From Deltaproteobacteria bacterium (lineage in GTDB: Bacteria; UBA10199; GCA-002796325; JACPFF01), in NCBI GenBank assembly GCA_016183065.1, contig JACPFF010000026.1:4476-68475 (forward strand): a DNA stretch of 64,000 nt. Direction: 5' to 3'. Below are positions 63,481 through 64,000 of the stretch, piece by piece (positions within the stretch are counted from its first letter, which is position 1; each line of letters starts with the position of its first letter). The translations under genes and the position numbers were made by a program. Below the pieces are notes generated by a model. It had not been told where the DNA came from and did no database searches. It worked only from the letters and a program-made list of their open reading frames with translations.

Positions 63481-64000
63481 TATGCGAATTAGTCCATCCC
63501 AAGGTGTGATTTCTCCGATAGCATTACCCGCGACCCTACCTCTGCCGTCTGGTCACACATCATTGCTGGTCCACAAGGCGGTGTATGCAAACACCGCGGC
63601 AGTGGCAGCGCTTATTCGTGCGGCTTTTTCCTATTGGCCGCAGCATGGAGTAAATGTGAGCCCAGCCAGCCAGACCGACGAAAAGACGTGGGCGCATCTC
63701 GTCCGAGGTGGCTATGTTTTTGTTGAGGCGCAAGAACCGTTCGTTCCATTGGCCACAGTGACGGTATATCCTATCGACCTTGCATTCGACTCCACGATTC
63801 AACAATGGAACCTCGATACGTGTGATGAAAGCACACTTGTCAGATACATTGCCGCACCGAATGTGCGGGAGCCAGCGGACCCCGTCCATTATTCCATGGT
63901 GCTCTTTGAAAAACTTGCGGTGCAGCCGGAATTGGCACACCGTGGCATTGGCACAGCGATATATCGTATGATTGAAGAGGTGACCCGGCGTCGTCAAGCC
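63481..64000 (+). CDS. GNAT-family N-acetyltransferase, 3' end outside the window (not in the supplied ORF track)
   Basis: Hand-translated open frame from ATG 63481 to the window end (173 codons, no stop). LFEKLAVQPELAHRGIGTAIYRMIEE is GNAT motif A. Confidence 0.6.

Noticed and set aside
63560-63997. 145-aa minus-strand ORF listed in the track
   Set aside because: The plus strand is open over the same span and shows a GNAT motif A and an upstream ATG 22 nt after the ATP-grasp stop. The minus ORF has no recognisable features.

Overview
64-kb window from a high-G+C bacterium (spot counts of 60-nt lines give about 60-65% G+C in core genes). Its gene content is strongly respiratory and multiheme. 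The core genes are listed below.
- The 3' part of a hyf-like, hydrogenase-related operon (1-5230). Its catalytic subunit has no [NiFe] cysteines, so it looks Ehr-type.
- An NdvB-like GH17-GT2 glucan synthase.
- Acr3.
- tRNA-Arg(TCG), with a duplicated 5' region and a decayed integrative remnant next to it.
- A Rieske/cytochrome b complex with pentaheme and diheme partners.
- A bacterial GRAS-like protein interrupted by an in-frame TAG.
- Two paralogous hybrid histidine kinases, each near a small H-box-only protein.
- A CPA2-USP antiporter, a peroxiredoxin, an RlmI-like methyltransferase and a PssA-like enzyme.
- A NapC-type multiheme cytochrome next to a CbcL-like 11-heme/cytochrome b fusion.
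- ccmE (CxxxY variant) and a ccmF-ccmH fusion.

The most unusual region is a lower-G+C block (about 47-53%) at 38391-54834. It is an 18-gene, tightly coupled minus-strand operon. A near-consensus sigma-54 promoter and a specialised NusG paralogue lead it, and an NtrC-type activator lies just upstream. The operon encodes the following:
- a stand-alone ACP and a PPTase;
- an ATP-grasp ligase;
- two complementary-degenerate PLP decarboxylase paralogues;
- three KASIII-like enzymes;
- an acyl-CoA dehydrogenase alpha/beta pair;
- two DUF4097-like proteins and two exporters;
- an alpha/beta hydrolase.

I read this as an orphan biosynthetic system with no PKS or NRPS, built on ACP-tethered amino-acid chemistry.

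Several non-coding repeats are also reported: an 83-nt palindromic element in two copies, a MITE-like element, and an 80-nt conserved 5' block in two copies. All functional calls come from manual motif reading, and no database search was run.
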